Sequence record: MN850597.1
Reading direction: 5' to 3' (one strand)
From: Escherichia phage isim
DNA: 64,000 bases
Every line of letters starts with the position of its first letter. Position 1 is the first letter of the stretch. Shown in pieces: positions 36,444 to 46,064 of the stretch. The position numbers and the translations under genes were made by a program. The notes below the pieces were generated by a model. It saw only the letters and a list, made by a program, of their open reading frames with translations, made no database searches and was not told where the DNA came from.

Positions 36444-37628
36444 TTAAGCTTTAGCCAAAATGGCGCTAAACTCTTCACCAAACTCTTTTACAATCTTCAT
36501 CAGGTTTGGGTATGCTTTGATCAGCTGAGCAACGATCTTGTCACGACCTTTACCGATAAGCAAGGCATTTCCTAAGGCATTAGGTTTCATCATCGCCATA
36601 AAGACTGAAAATACAAAATCTCGGTTCTCGTCCTTGAAGTTTTCCCAAAGGAAATCGAGAAAGTTTGCCACACAGCTAACAAGATCTTCGTCGGAGATAC
36701 TTGCATTTTCCATCATATTACGAATAGCGATGCAACCTTCAGATCCAAGAATCCACAAGATGTCTGGCTGTTTAGGACCTACGTATTCTTTGCAACCTCC
36801 TGCCATAATCCGACCGATTTCCGGTAAGTTGCGTTTCTTGGTGTGGTAAGTCCAGATCTCTACCGCTGCAGTGTGACCAATAGCACCTTGCAGAAGAACA
36901 CGGGCCATAGCGTCAGAAATAATACCGCTGTCAAAATCGTGCAAGATATCAGATGCAGCAACCCAAGATCGCGGTGTGGCAAAAGATGGACAATTAATCT
37001 CAGCCATGGCCTCATAATTATCGATAGCTGATGGAACTCTTTTCAGATATCCAATTACAGAGGAGTGCACCCCATTAAGGAATGCGTAGTCCTCAATAAA
37101 CACCTCTGCATTGCTTGTAACCTCTACAATGATAAAACGGTTAGCCAGAGGGGCTTCGAGCGCCGAAAGAACCGCACCATCTGTAGAACGGTTACCAGCA
37201 GCCACAAAAACAGACCCCTTAGGGAATGCATAAGTACCGCACTTGTGGTCAAGCATAATTTGCATTGCAACCTTTTGTAGGTAGTTATCTGCATGAGTGA
37301 GCTCATCCAGAAAGATAATTCCGCTCCAGTCAGGATCCGCAGGCCAAAATTCTGGAATTGCAAACACTGTACGTGTAGTTCCATCCGCTTCTACAGGGAT
37401 AGGTAGCCCAGATAAGTCGGCAGGATCTTTATCTGACAGTCGCACGTCAACAAGGTTGTCATCTCGCTCACCGAACATATTATCAGCGATCTGCTTCATC
37501 ACCTGGCTTTTACCCACACCCATTGGTCCCAAAATTAGGACAGATCGGCTATGACGTTGGGCAAACTGAATAATAGCTGGCAACTCACGGACAGTGATTT
37601 GACCACTTTCGAATACGTTTCTTGACAT
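36444..37628 (-). CDS. MoxR-like AAA+ ATPase (CobS-like) (394 aa)
   Basis: Walker A LILGPMGVGKSQ; Walker B-like IIFLDELTH. Confidence 0.8.
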   Translation of the reverse strand: MSRNVFESGQITVRELPAIIQFAQRHSRSVLILGPMGVGKSQVMKQIADNMFGERDDNLVDVRLSDKDPADLSGLPIPVEADGTTRTVFAIPEFWPADPDWSGIIFLDELTHADNYLQKVAMQIMLDHKCGTYAFPKGSVFVAAGNRSTDGAVLSALEAPLANRFIIVEVTSNAEVFIEDYAFLNGVHSSVIGYLKRVPSAIDNYEAMAEINCPSFATPRSWVAASDILHDFDSGIISDAMARVLLQGAIGHTAAVEIWTYHTKKRNLPEIGRIMAGGCKEYVGPKQPDILWILGSEGCIAIRNMMENASISDEDLVSCVANFLDFLWENFKDENRDFVFSVFMAMMKPNALGNALLIGKGRDKIVAQLIKAYPNLMKIVKEFGEEFSAILAKA

Positions 37629-37897
37629 TAGTAAAAGTCCTCTACTTGTGTGTAAGTGTTTTCAAAGTTTTCCAAAACAGATATCACATCGAATCTGTCA
37701 ATATCATACGTGACTCTCCAGTTGTACGCAACCCTTTCTGCTGTTGCCTCTTCTGGCGCTAGTCGTCTGCTGGCATAAAAGAGTGTTGGAGTACACTTTC
37801 TTGCTTGCCCTCTAACTTTCCCATAATAATATCTGTGAATATCTTTGTCAAAATTTAACTCTTTTTCTGCACGAAGTTCATATTGCTGGTATAACAT
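37628..37897 (-). CDS. hypothetical protein (89 aa)
   Basis: ORF in series. Confidence 0.5.
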   Translation of the reverse strand: MLYQQYELRAEKELNFDKDIHRYYYGKVRGQARKCTPTLFYASRRLAPEEATAERVAYNWRVTYDIDRFDVISVLENFENTYTQVEDFY

Positions 37898-37941
37898 CTC
37901 TACTACTCCTTAAGCGGCATCCTTGCCGCCATTCCTGCCCA

Positions 37942-38322
37942 CTAAAATGCAGTCCGAATCCAGACAAGGTTCTTATCTGCCCAATCATAGAGGCAAGTCA
38001 TTGCGCTATTGAATTGCTCACACGGAGGATAATCTTCTTCCATCTGGCGCATAGCAGAGCCTTGTGGGTAAAGCTCCCGTGCTGCAAGCCACGCATCGTA
38101 GTCATCCACGGTATCGAAGTAGTATACAACATCCTCCAACTCAGGATCGAACTTTGAATTATCAGGATCCAGTTGTTCAGGGAACTTGGAGCGTAACTTG
38201 CCAGCCACAATGCTTGCCAACTCGCTAACATGCTTATTGTCCCACTCTACTAGTTTCCCGTCTTCAGCGATGCGTCCTAACCACTGATCATGAAGGTCAA
38301 CTGTTGTCTTCCACCGGGCCAT
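37942..38322 (-). CDS. hypothetical protein (126 aa)
   Basis: ORF in series. Confidence 0.55.
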   Translation of the reverse strand: MARWKTTVDLHDQWLGRIAEDGKLVEWDNKHVSELASIVAGKLRSKFPEQLDPDNSKFDPELEDVVYYFDTVDDYDAWLAARELYPQGSAMRQMEEDYPPCEQFNSAMTCLYDWADKNLVWIRTAF

Positions 38323-38324
38323 TA

Positions 38325-38582
38325 TCAGTCCACCTCTTCTTCTCGTTGCAGTTCAAGATACCCGTAGGTCTGGATATCTTCAAGGGTGTGGAAATCCCCA
38401 TCTGCCGCTAAGGCACGAACAACTTGGCACAAAACTTTATGAGGGACTTCATCCAGACCCAGATTCAGTGCAGGGAACACCTTATCTAAGTCAACAAAAT
38501 AAACGAACTGTAGCTCACCAGCTTCAAAAGGTGTATCTTCAATAAACATCTTCTCGGCATTAGTCAAGATCTGCACTTTCAT
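38325..38582 (-). CDS. hypothetical protein (85 aa)
   Basis: ORF in series. Confidence 0.5.
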   Translation of the reverse strand: MKVQILTNAEKMFIEDTPFEAGELQFVYFVDLDKVFPALNLGLDEVPHKVLCQVVRALAADGDFHTLEDIQTYGYLELQREEEVD

Positions 38583-38959
38583 TATTCTGCCTCCTCTTCT
38601 TTTTCTTCGGCGTTAGTTTCAGTGCTACCCCACTCTGGAGTTTCCACCTCGATAGTAAACTCACGCACTACACGGTAATTGCCCATGAAGCGCTCCACCT
38701 CGTCAAGGCTTATGGCGAGGCCATTGGAAACCAGGTCTGCAGCACCCTCTTCTACCAGATAGTCCAGATTGGCTTCCAAAGCTTCAGGCTCGAACCCTGT
38801 CAATGCAATCAGATAACCTTTCCCTTCATCAGGTAGGACAATACAGCCCAACTGATTTTCTTTAAAAAGGCAGTGACCATCATTATTGATGGGGTGTTCA
38901 TTGCAGTAAATAGCTGCACGATAAGTAGCTTTAGACATCGGTAAGGCCTCCTTAGGCAA
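38582..38959 (-). CDS. hypothetical protein (125 aa)
   Basis: ORF in series. Confidence 0.55.
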   Translation of the reverse strand: MPKEALPMSKATYRAAIYCNEHPINNDGHCLFKENQLGCIVLPDEGKGYLIALTGFEPEALEANLDYLVEEGAADLVSNGLAISLDEVERFMGNYRVVREFTIEVETPEWGSTETNAEEKEEEAE

Positions 38960-39230
38960 TTGTCATTTTACATTCTTGAAATTTTAACACAAGACGGTGA
39001 TTGTGTCTAGTGTCTAAAAAGATTTTTTCAACCATCAGGCACACGGTATAACCGTCCATCTTGTTAACAACAAAATCTCCAGGGTGAGGGAGGATGTCCC
39101 CTGGATTGGGGAAACATAACCCGCTCAAGAAGGCATCATCGGTGGTGGACTTAATGGATTTCCACACACTATCTGCCTGAACATTCTCACCAACATAATA
39201 TACATTACCACATGCCTTCATCATAGTCAA
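38952..39230 (-). CDS. hypothetical protein (92 aa)
   Basis: ORF in series. Confidence 0.5.
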   Translation of the reverse strand: MTMMKACGNVYYVGENVQADSVWKSIKSTTDDAFLSGLCFPNPGDILPHPGDFVVNKMDGYTVCLMVEKIFLDTRHNHRLVLKFQECKMTIA

Positions 39231-40126
39231 ACCCTCGCATAAATTAAACTTGTATCAGTATACTTTTTTAATGGGTAAATATCCTGTCCATAGATGCAAT
39301 CATTAAACACCTCATCTACCCAAAGGCTACACTTATATCCCATCATTTCTAAAACACCCATCTCTTCTTCGGTAAACTTATCACCGCTCTTGCAAGATGT
39401 CAATACCTCATTCTGAACTCTTGCTACCTCGAAGCGGTTATTGGCAATATCGCTATTGGCGATCAAATACTCACCTAGAGGGTGTGCGGCATTAAAGATG
39501 CACAGTGGACGGCTGACGTAATAGTCTCCAGGTGTATAAAAATTATTGAGGTCTTTCACTAGAACATTCTTATCAGTCACTTCATTTATAACATCATGCA
39601 TATCGCACATCTTTATATGTTTGAGGATTCCATCCCCCATCACAAAATAAAAACTTGCTGAAACACTTTCGGCATAGATCTTACTAGATCCGTTGTAGTT
39701 GTATTTTACTCGGATGCTAACGGGGGTTTTTCCTGTCGCGTTAGCCATCATCCAAAGAAATGGCAGCTCATACTTCTCCTCTGAGGAAACAAAAGGTGAA
39801 GTAGCCAGAGATCGAAAACCTCCAGAGAAGTTGAAAGTTACAGAACCGCTCCGGCGGTATGATACTGCGTATTCTACTTTTATATCAACGTATCCGTTGG
39901 AGTAAGTATGCCCTCCATTATCAAGGTATGTCCACTTATCAGACCCGGATACCAACCTCCGCTCAATTACCTTCATCACCATAGGAATTAGCGGATTAGT
40001 ACAAACCGATCTTGAAGTAGCTTTATCATCCAAAGCCTCGTAAATTGCAGAAAGGATGTCCCCAGCTGAAAGATTGGTTGTTATGTCCTGTTTCCACCGC
40101 GTACTAAAACTGTTAAGATTTGCCAT
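39227..40126 (-). CDS. hypothetical protein (299 aa), first gene of the minus block at the strand switch
   Basis: ORF with RBS; promoter TTGACT-N17-TATAGT upstream. Confidence 0.6.
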   Translation of the reverse strand: MANLNSFSTRWKQDITTNLSAGDILSAIYEALDDKATSRSVCTNPLIPMVMKVIERRLVSGSDKWTYLDNGGHTYSNGYVDIKVEYAVSYRRSGSVTFNFSGGFRSLATSPFVSSEEKYELPFLWMMANATGKTPVSIRVKYNYNGSSKIYAESVSASFYFVMGDGILKHIKMCDMHDVINEVTDKNVLVKDLNNFYTPGDYYVSRPLCIFNAAHPLGEYLIANSDIANNRFEVARVQNEVLTSCKSGDKFTEEEMGVLEMMGYKCSLWVDEVFNDCIYGQDIYPLKKYTDTSLIYARV

Positions 40127-40166
40127 AAGTAAGTGCTCCTATGTTAGTTTTCTTTCGAATGGGTGC

Positions 40167-40237
40167 ACTATATCGGAGATTTAGAGTAAAGTCAACACGT
40201 TTTTGATGTTGACATCTATTGAAACAATTGATACGAT
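40167..40237. promoter_or_regulatory. Divergent sigma70-like promoter pair at the strand switch (minus: TTGACT-N17-TATAGT at 40167-40195; plus: TTGACA-N17-TACGAT at 40209-40237)
   Basis: Hexamers read directly on both strands between divergently oriented gene blocks. Confidence 0.5.
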
Positions 40238-40268
40238 TTCTTCACTTACAGGGCACGAGAGACAACTC

Positions 40269-41246
40269 ATGAATCTTGAAAAATATTATACACCAGAAGA
40301 GTTAGAGCGCCTGCTCAAAAAATATAGACGCAAACAGAATAATGCACGGAAACGAGATATAGAGTTCAACCTGTCATGGGAAGAATACCTCCTATTTGGT
40401 AAAAAACTTTTAGGAGATGGAGTATGCGACTATACCCTTATACCTTTTGACATGCACACAGATGAAAACGGGCTGGGAAATCCTTTCTACCCATCTTTGG
40501 AGCGTATAGATGATGAAGGTCCTTACGCAATTGACAATTGTTGTGTGGTAGGGTTGAGGTGCAATGCTCTGAAAGACTGTTTGGTAGATAAAAAGACTGC
40601 AATCCTGATTAAAGACAAAACTGATCGAAAAATTGTCCAGCAGATGATGCTCCACCTGAGCGAAGAGCGTATGGAGAAATTGAAAGGTGATTATACTTTT
40701 GAAGATTTCATCTTGCAATACGGGACAGAAGAAGATAAACTAGCACTATTTGACGAAGAGGAAGAAGATATGTCACCAATGCAGGACTTTAAAAATTTCA
40801 TGGCTGATCGTGCAGCCAACAAACACATTTCAGACATCGTGAACGAGACTGTGACAGAAGAAGTTGAAGAACAGAACTCTGAAGAGGAAAAAGAGCCTCA
40901 GGAGGTCGAAGAGGGGATTGCAGAAGAGGTTCCTGCACTGCCTGATGATGTTGAGATTGCTAAGGCTTACACTTTCTATTGTCAAACGTTCTACGATGCA
41001 GGTATGAAAGTTGATCTGTCGTTCAGCCAATTTAAGAGTTCGTATATTCGCAAATGCTGTGCTTTAACTGGTGAACGTCTCGGAGCTGGACTTAAACCAC
41101 TGTTGGTGACCGACTGGAATAAAGGTTTCACTAAAGGAAACTTTATGGTAGTATCTCCAATTATGGAGAAAGCTATGACAGATCTTATGAAGACCACCCG
41201 CATGACAATGACCGAGTTGGCAGGTATTTTCAAACACGTTAAATAA
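40269..41246 (+). CDS. hypothetical protein with acidic central region (about 325 aa; start moved to MNLEKYY because the plus promoter overlaps the ORF-track start at 40203)
   Basis: ORF; predicted promoter lies inside the first 35 nt of the longer ORF. Confidence 0.55.
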   Translation: MNLEKYYTPEELERLLKKYRRKQNNARKRDIEFNLSWEEYLLFGKKLLGDGVCDYTLIPFDMHTDENGLGNPFYPSLERIDDEGPYAIDNCCVVGLRCNALKDCLVDKKTAILIKDKTDRKIVQQMMLHLSEERMEKLKGDYTFEDFILQYGTEEDKLALFDEEEEDMSPMQDFKNFMADRAANKHISDIVNETVTEEVEEQNSEEEKEPQEVEEGIAEEVPALPDDVEIAKAYTFYCQTFYDAGMKVDLSFSQFKSSYIRKCCALTGERLGAGLKPLLVTDWNKGFTKGNFMVVSPIMEKAMTDLMKTTRMTMTELAGIFKHVK

Positions 41247-41258
41247 TGACAGGGGCCA

Positions 41259-42740
41259 ATGGCCCCTTCTGGAGTTTTAATGGATAGCAGAAGTTCAGAA
41301 ATCATTACCTCACAGAAAGATGATGCCCTGAGAATGTTGCAGGCTGCACGTATGTATCTCCTTGAAAAGCTGCCGTTTTATGGCACACTACTGTCAGGGT
41401 TGCAGTTCGTAGAAAACCACACATGGTGCTCCACCATGGCAACCGACCATAAACGCATCTATTACAGTCCTGAGTTCATTATGGGATTGGCTGATGAACG
41501 CAAGGCTATTCTTAAGGCTTCTCTAACTGACGAGCAGTTTGAGATGGCTGAAGTTTTCTATTCCCCAAAATCTGTGAAAGAGGTGGCCTTCCTTCTGTCA
41601 CATGAGGTGGGGCATATTATCTGTGATCACCTGGTCCGTGGTAAAAGCTTTGAGCCGGAACTGTTCAATATTGCTTGTGATCACGTTATCAACACAGGCC
41701 TTGTGGTTGACTTTAGCAAACCTCCTTGTGTTTTCTTCCCGAAGGGGAAAAGCACTACGTTCGTGAAAGGTAAGCCTTTTGGCTTCTTAGCCAGCTGCTA
41801 CTGCGACATGAAGTTTCATGGATGGATTGCTGAGAACGTTTATGCAGTTCTTGATAAGCAAAGAGATCAGAATAACGGTAAAAGTAAGAGCGGTAAAGGT
41901 GAGAACTCTCAAGGTGATAAGCGACAAACCGATGATCACATGAGTGGGAATGGTGGCACCAGTGATAATCTTGGAAAGGCTATGGGGTATGATCAGCCAC
42001 AACCTGTAATCAGCCAATCTGATAAAGATCAGGCCATGCAGGACTCTGGCGATATGCTGGAGGCAGCAATGCAAGCGTCCGGAGGCCGTTGCCCTGAGGC
42101 GGTGCGTGAGTTTGTCAAGAACAGAGGTAAGCCTGTAATCAACTATATAGACATCATTAAGCAACGCATGTTGTCTAAAAGAAAGGCCGAACTGACCTAC
42201 AGAAAACCTGGTCGCCGATCTGGGTCTTTGACCAGCACAATGCGAAAAGTTGGGGCTATAAACAAGAACCAGCACGTTATTGTTCCTGGTCGTAATCCGG
42301 AAAACACTATAGATATTGTGGTGGCTTTAGACGTTTCTGGCTCGATCTCTCAGAGAACTTTAAAGAAAATGTTCAATGAAATCACCGGATTGTGCAATCT
42401 GTATAAAGAGTTTAAGGTTACAATGTTCTGTTGGTCAACTGAGGTTGGAGAGGTTAAAGTATACACTCGCGGCAACATAGACGAGATGATCAACTATGAG
42501 GTCCACTCAACATGGGGCACAACAGCTGCTTGCGTGTTCGAGTATCTGGATGCCAACATACCGAATGCAAAAGATGTCATCGTCCTGACCGACCTATACT
42601 TTGAGCATAACTTTGAACAAAAGGCTGTTGACAACAAGTGGAAAAAGTACGATACTCTATGGGTCCTCACTGAAGGGTATAATAAAAATTATATCCCGAG
42701 CTTTGGGAAAACTGTGGAATTAATCGAGTACGCTAAGTAA
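41259..42740 (+). CDS. HExxH plus VWA-domain protein (CobT/DUF2201-like; usual partner of MoxR-type ATPases) (493 aa)
   Basis: HEVGHIICDH zinc-binding-like motif; VWA MIDAS-like VVALDVSGSIS. Confidence 0.7.
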   Translation: MAPSGVLMDSRSSEIITSQKDDALRMLQAARMYLLEKLPFYGTLLSGLQFVENHTWCSTMATDHKRIYYSPEFIMGLADERKAILKASLTDEQFEMAEVFYSPKSVKEVAFLLSHEVGHIICDHLVRGKSFEPELFNIACDHVINTGLVVDFSKPPCVFFPKGKSTTFVKGKPFGFLASCYCDMKFHGWIAENVYAVLDKQRDQNNGKSKSGKGENSQGDKRQTDDHMSGNGGTSDNLGKAMGYDQPQPVISQSDKDQAMQDSGDMLEAAMQASGGRCPEAVREFVKNRGKPVINYIDIIKQRMLSKRKAELTYRKPGRRSGSLTSTMRKVGAINKNQHVIVPGRNPENTIDIVVALDVSGSISQRTLKKMFNEITGLCNLYKEFKVTMFCWSTEVGEVKVYTRGNIDEMINYEVHSTWGTTAACVFEYLDANIPNAKDVIVLTDLYFEHNFEQKAVDNKWKKYDTLWVLTEGYNKNYIPSFGKTVELIEYAK

Positions 42741-42755
42741 GAGAGGAGGTTATTT

Positions 42756-43019
42756 ATGGCAACAGAGTTAAAATTTGCATCAAACCGTAAAACTAAGAAG
42801 TATCTGTCCTCAGTAGCTCCAGGCGCTGTGGTGATGTTTGTTGATGAACTTGGGGATGTGAATACAGCACTTGTTGTAAAATCACATCCTGCAAACATAT
42901 ATGTTGGGGTATTTGACCTGTTCAGAAAGGTGTTTGTAGAACTACCTCACAGTTTGGTTGTTACAGAAATGGATGCCTGCATAGAAATTCTTGGCGAAGT
43001 TATGGTGGAGGAACAATAA
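42756..43019 (+). CDS. tandem-paralog family member 1 (87 aa)
   Basis: MATELKFASNRKTKK...GAVV...LPHSLVVTEMDACIEILGE aligns with the next ORF; overlapping ATGA junctions. Confidence 0.6.
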   Translation: MATELKFASNRKTKKYLSSVAPGAVVMFVDELGDVNTALVVKSHPANIYVGVFDLFRKVFVELPHSLVVTEMDACIEILGEVMVEEQ

Positions 43020-43282
43020 TGGCTACTAGCATTGTATTCAATTCTAAGGTGAAGAACAAAAAGCGTGCAGACAGTTTTCCGTGTGGGACCGTGGTAAGTT
43101 GCGACGGAGACGGTATTCAAAACATAGTTATGATTGTCAAAACAGGAGAACATTGTGTGTGGGGGTTCGATTTAGAAAATAATGAGTTGTACGATCTGCC
43201 GCCAAACATGAAAGTTACAGAGCTTGACACCAAAATTACCATCCTTGGAGAGACAAGCTATTCAAAAGAAGGAGGAGAATAA
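43019..43282 (+). CDS. tandem-paralog family member 2 (87 aa)
   Basis: MATSIVFNSKVKNKK...GTVV...LPPNMKVTELDTKITILGE. Confidence 0.6.
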   Translation: MATSIVFNSKVKNKKRADSFPCGTVVSCDGDGIQNIVMIVKTGEHCVWGFDLENNELYDLPPNMKVTELDTKITILGETSYSKEGGE

Positions 43283-43545
43283 TGACCACAAAAATCACTA
43301 TCGCAGAACCGAAAGCTAACACTCAGCCTATCGAAAAGTTTAAGTGCGGTGAGGTGGTAACATTCACACCAGATAATGAAGATGCTAAGATTTTCGCAAT
43401 GGTCACAGCTGAGTGGATGTGTGACAACACCACACAGGTTCTGCGTTTTGACACCTATCTTACCGATGAAATCAGGAACGACAAGATTGTGACTGGTGTG
43501 GATACTGAGATTGTTTTCTACAAGAGCTTTTTAGAGGGTTTCTGA
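43282..43545 (+). CDS. tandem-paralog family member 3, more divergent (87 aa)
   Basis: Same length; KFKCGEVVTF vs SFPCGTVVSC; ATGA junction. Confidence 0.55.
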   Translation: MTTKITIAEPKANTQPIEKFKCGEVVTFTPDNEDAKIFAMVTAEWMCDNTTQVLRFDTYLTDEIRNDKIVTGVDTEIVFYKSFLEGF

Positions 43546-43546
43546 T

Positions 43547-43780
43547 ATGGCAAAAATTCGAAAATTATCTAGCAATCAGGTTGTGAAAGACTTCGAATCT
43601 GGAGAGATTCTTTATGTTCGTGATGCAGATGACGAAGGTGAAGATCTCGTTATGTTGGTGGGGCACGCTGAGGACGGATGCATCCAAGCTGTTTTTCTTG
43701 AAACAGCTATGGTGCACTGGATAGAGCTGGACTTGAAAGCACGAAAACCTAAAGCAGAAATCCTGATTTACGAAGATTAA
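43547..43780 (+). CDS. tandem-paralog family member 4, divergent (77 aa)
   Basis: FESGEILYV ... acidic patch; similar size and position. Confidence 0.5.
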   Translation: MAKIRKLSSNQVVKDFESGEILYVRDADDEGEDLVMLVGHAEDGCIQAVFLETAMVHWIELDLKARKPKAEILIYED

Positions 43781-43796
43781 CAAAAAGGAGATAGCC

Positions 43797-44246
43797 GTGT
43801 TGAGCAAGCGTGAATGCGACAGCATTAGCCTGAATTCTTATAAGAAACAATGGTTTGGGGTAGAAGTTTGCCGACTGCGGCTAGGCTCCTACCTGAACTT
43901 CGTTTATTATGAGAGCGATAGTCGTATCGTTTCTTATGAAGTGTTCTACACTAAGAACACCTTCGAACTGCGCCGTAAAGTGGATGGCGGGAGAACCACC
44001 CCCCAGAATAATTGGGAAACTATCCTACCTACAGATGTTATAGGAAGTCCTCTGAATGTATCTGAAGATGAAAATCTTATGGTTCATGCTATGATGGGAC
44101 TTGACAGCTTAGAGCTGGCGATCTATGATATGTCCATCGAAGCAGTTAAGCTGGACTACATCGAAAACACTTTAGAGGAAGGTATCAAGAAGTTTCTCAG
44201 TGAGAAATTAAAAGACCACTTTCATAAGGAGCTATATCTGTTATGA
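43797..44246 (+). CDS. hypothetical protein (149 aa)
   Basis: ORF; RBS AAAGGAG. Confidence 0.55.
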   Translation: MLSKRECDSISLNSYKKQWFGVEVCRLRLGSYLNFVYYESDSRIVSYEVFYTKNTFELRRKVDGGRTTPQNNWETILPTDVIGSPLNVSEDENLMVHAMMGLDSLELAIYDMSIEAVKLDYIENTLEEGIKKFLSEKLKDHFHKELYLL

Positions 44247-44488
44247 AGACCCGTAAAGAACGTAACAAAATTTTACCTGGAGCTCTCGAACACCTGATGA
44301 AGTGCAGATCTATTTGGCACTCTGCCAAGGAAGGGCAGAAGGTGGTTGTGGTTAGTGACAATACCAACCCGTTTGGAGATTATGCCACCATGATGGCCCC
44401 GTATGTCCGTGATGGCGTTGTGGAAGTGGTCCCTTACAACGGTCTGCATGAACGGCACTTTGAAAGCACTTTGCTAGTGGAGCTATAG
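44243..44488 (+). CDS. hypothetical protein (81 aa)
   Basis: ORF; start overlaps upstream stop. Confidence 0.5.
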   Translation: MKTRKERNKILPGALEHLMKCRSIWHSAKEGQKVVVVSDNTNPFGDYATMMAPYVRDGVVEVVPYNGLHERHFESTLLVEL

Positions 44489-44490
44489 TC

Positions 44491-45057
44491 ATGGCGGTCA
44501 ATGTGGCTTACAACACAGGAAAGCTTGACAGAGACATTGGGTGTCTTGTCCTTTCAGATACAGAAGAGTATTGGGGTTATGGGTTGCTGTCAGACCCACA
44601 CCCGAGCAACCTTGTATCAACAGTGCTATACCGCTACGACCCTGTGCCAACGGTACACGACAAAGACATTCACGACCTTCGGATCAAGTGTCTGGAAGAT
44701 CTGCTGAACAATGGTTGCAACGATCTGCGGGTAGCCAAAGAGAAGCTTACAAACATTCACAAAGAGGAAGTGATGAGCACCCTCAGTAAGAGATCAGTGC
44801 ACAAAAAGATGATGCTGAACTTTGCAATGGGTATCTACATGGGCGGGTATAAGGGAGGTGATCCGGTCCTCAAGCTTCGCTGCCCGACACTGTGGGAAAG
44901 AGTGGTTGACAGTAAGGACGGCACTGCCCTGCTCGAACTCCACACCGCAGGTTGGATTTGGCGGTATGTAGACGGATACCCTCTGTGGGCATGTGGACCT
45001 GGGGAATTTGTTGACAGACCTAGCGCGGTGGTGGACTTACTATTGCAGTTTGAATAA
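44491..45057 (+). CDS. hypothetical protein (188 aa)
   Basis: ORF in series. Confidence 0.55.
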   Translation: MAVNVAYNTGKLDRDIGCLVLSDTEEYWGYGLLSDPHPSNLVSTVLYRYDPVPTVHDKDIHDLRIKCLEDLLNNGCNDLRVAKEKLTNIHKEEVMSTLSKRSVHKKMMLNFAMGIYMGGYKGGDPVLKLRCPTLWERVVDSKDGTALLELHTAGWIWRYVDGYPLWACGPGEFVDRPSAVVDLLLQFE

Positions 45058-45115
45058 AAAAGGTGAGTTATAAGGTATTCATACACCTACCAACAATACA
45101 ACAGGAGAGACTGAG

Positions 45116-45391
45116 ATGACGAAAGAAGAGGCCGACGTATTAGATTTTGCACTAGAGGCTACGCAGGAGGCTTTGGTGTTAGCTTGGAAAATGAACCAGC
45201 GTGCTGCAGAATGCAACCGTCGCATCAATGAGATTCTGGGCATGTCTATGTATGATTTCACTATGCATGCCGGAGAGATTCCTGAACTAACTGCAGAGAT
45301 GAATGATCTTGACAATAAAATTAATATCATTCTGAAGACAGCAGAAACAACCCACCAAACCGCCCGTAAATTTATCAACGAGAAGGTGTGA
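45116..45391 (+). CDS. hypothetical protein (91 aa)
   Basis: ORF; RBS GGAGAG. Confidence 0.5.
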   Translation: MTKEEADVLDFALEATQEALVLAWKMNQRAAECNRRINEILGMSMYDFTMHAGEIPELTAEMNDLDNKINIILKTAETTHQTARKFINEKV

Positions 45392-45867
45392 ATATGGACT
45401 ACAGCTACTGCGGGGAAGAAGTTCCTTTTAACTACAGTAATCTTACCACAAGCAATCCATACGAGACTCGCCACGGCACACACATCATTGCCATTGACTT
45501 TGATGGAACGTTTAATGCGAGCCCTTTCATCTTCTCCCGCCTAATCAGGGACCTGAAGAAGGAGGGGTGGACAGTATACCTTGTGACTTTCCGATTCATT
45601 ACTCAAGACAATGTGGACATTGAGTATTGGCGCAAGGAGCTCGATGTTGGTGTGTTTTATACTGGCGGTGTTCAGAAGGCAGCCTACCTAGCGCAGTTTG
45701 ATATCTACCCAGATATCTGGGTTGATGATTCTCCGGCATGTATTCCGGCTAAAAATCAGTTAGAGTTTGCAATGAAGGAGATTGAGTACAAGTCTGAGGC
45801 TAAGCGGAACGGATGGCCCTTTATTATTGAAGATTACCCAGATCCTGAACCGGAGAAAGAGCCATGA
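45388..45867 (+). CDS. HAD-superfamily phosphatase, possible 5'-(deoxy)nucleotidase (159 aa)
   Basis: HAD motif I IAIDFDGT and motif IV-like IWVDDSP. Confidence 0.55.
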   Translation: MNMDYSYCGEEVPFNYSNLTTSNPYETRHGTHIIAIDFDGTFNASPFIFSRLIRDLKKEGWTVYLVTFRFITQDNVDIEYWRKELDVGVFYTGGVQKAAYLAQFDIYPDIWVDDSPACIPAKNQLEFAMKEIEYKSEAKRNGWPFIIEDYPDPEPEKEP

Positions 45868-46064
45868 GGCGAAGATATCATTACCTGATGTGGAAGTTAT
45901 ATCATGGTGCTGCTAAAGCTTACCGCACCGTGTTTGGTAATGACAATCACTGCATTATGTTACACCTTACCGCCATTGAACATCACAATGAGTGGATTCG
46001 TGCAATCGTAATAGGTGACAAAGATTTTAAGTAAAGTATTGCTTTCTAGATGGAGACTGATTAA

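Noticed and set aside
39227-40126. Possible ADP-ribosyltransferase assignment for the 299-aa protein
   Set aside because: Candidate R / S-x-S / E-x-E residues can be picked out, but spacing and context do not convincingly match the known transferase signature; left as hypothetical.
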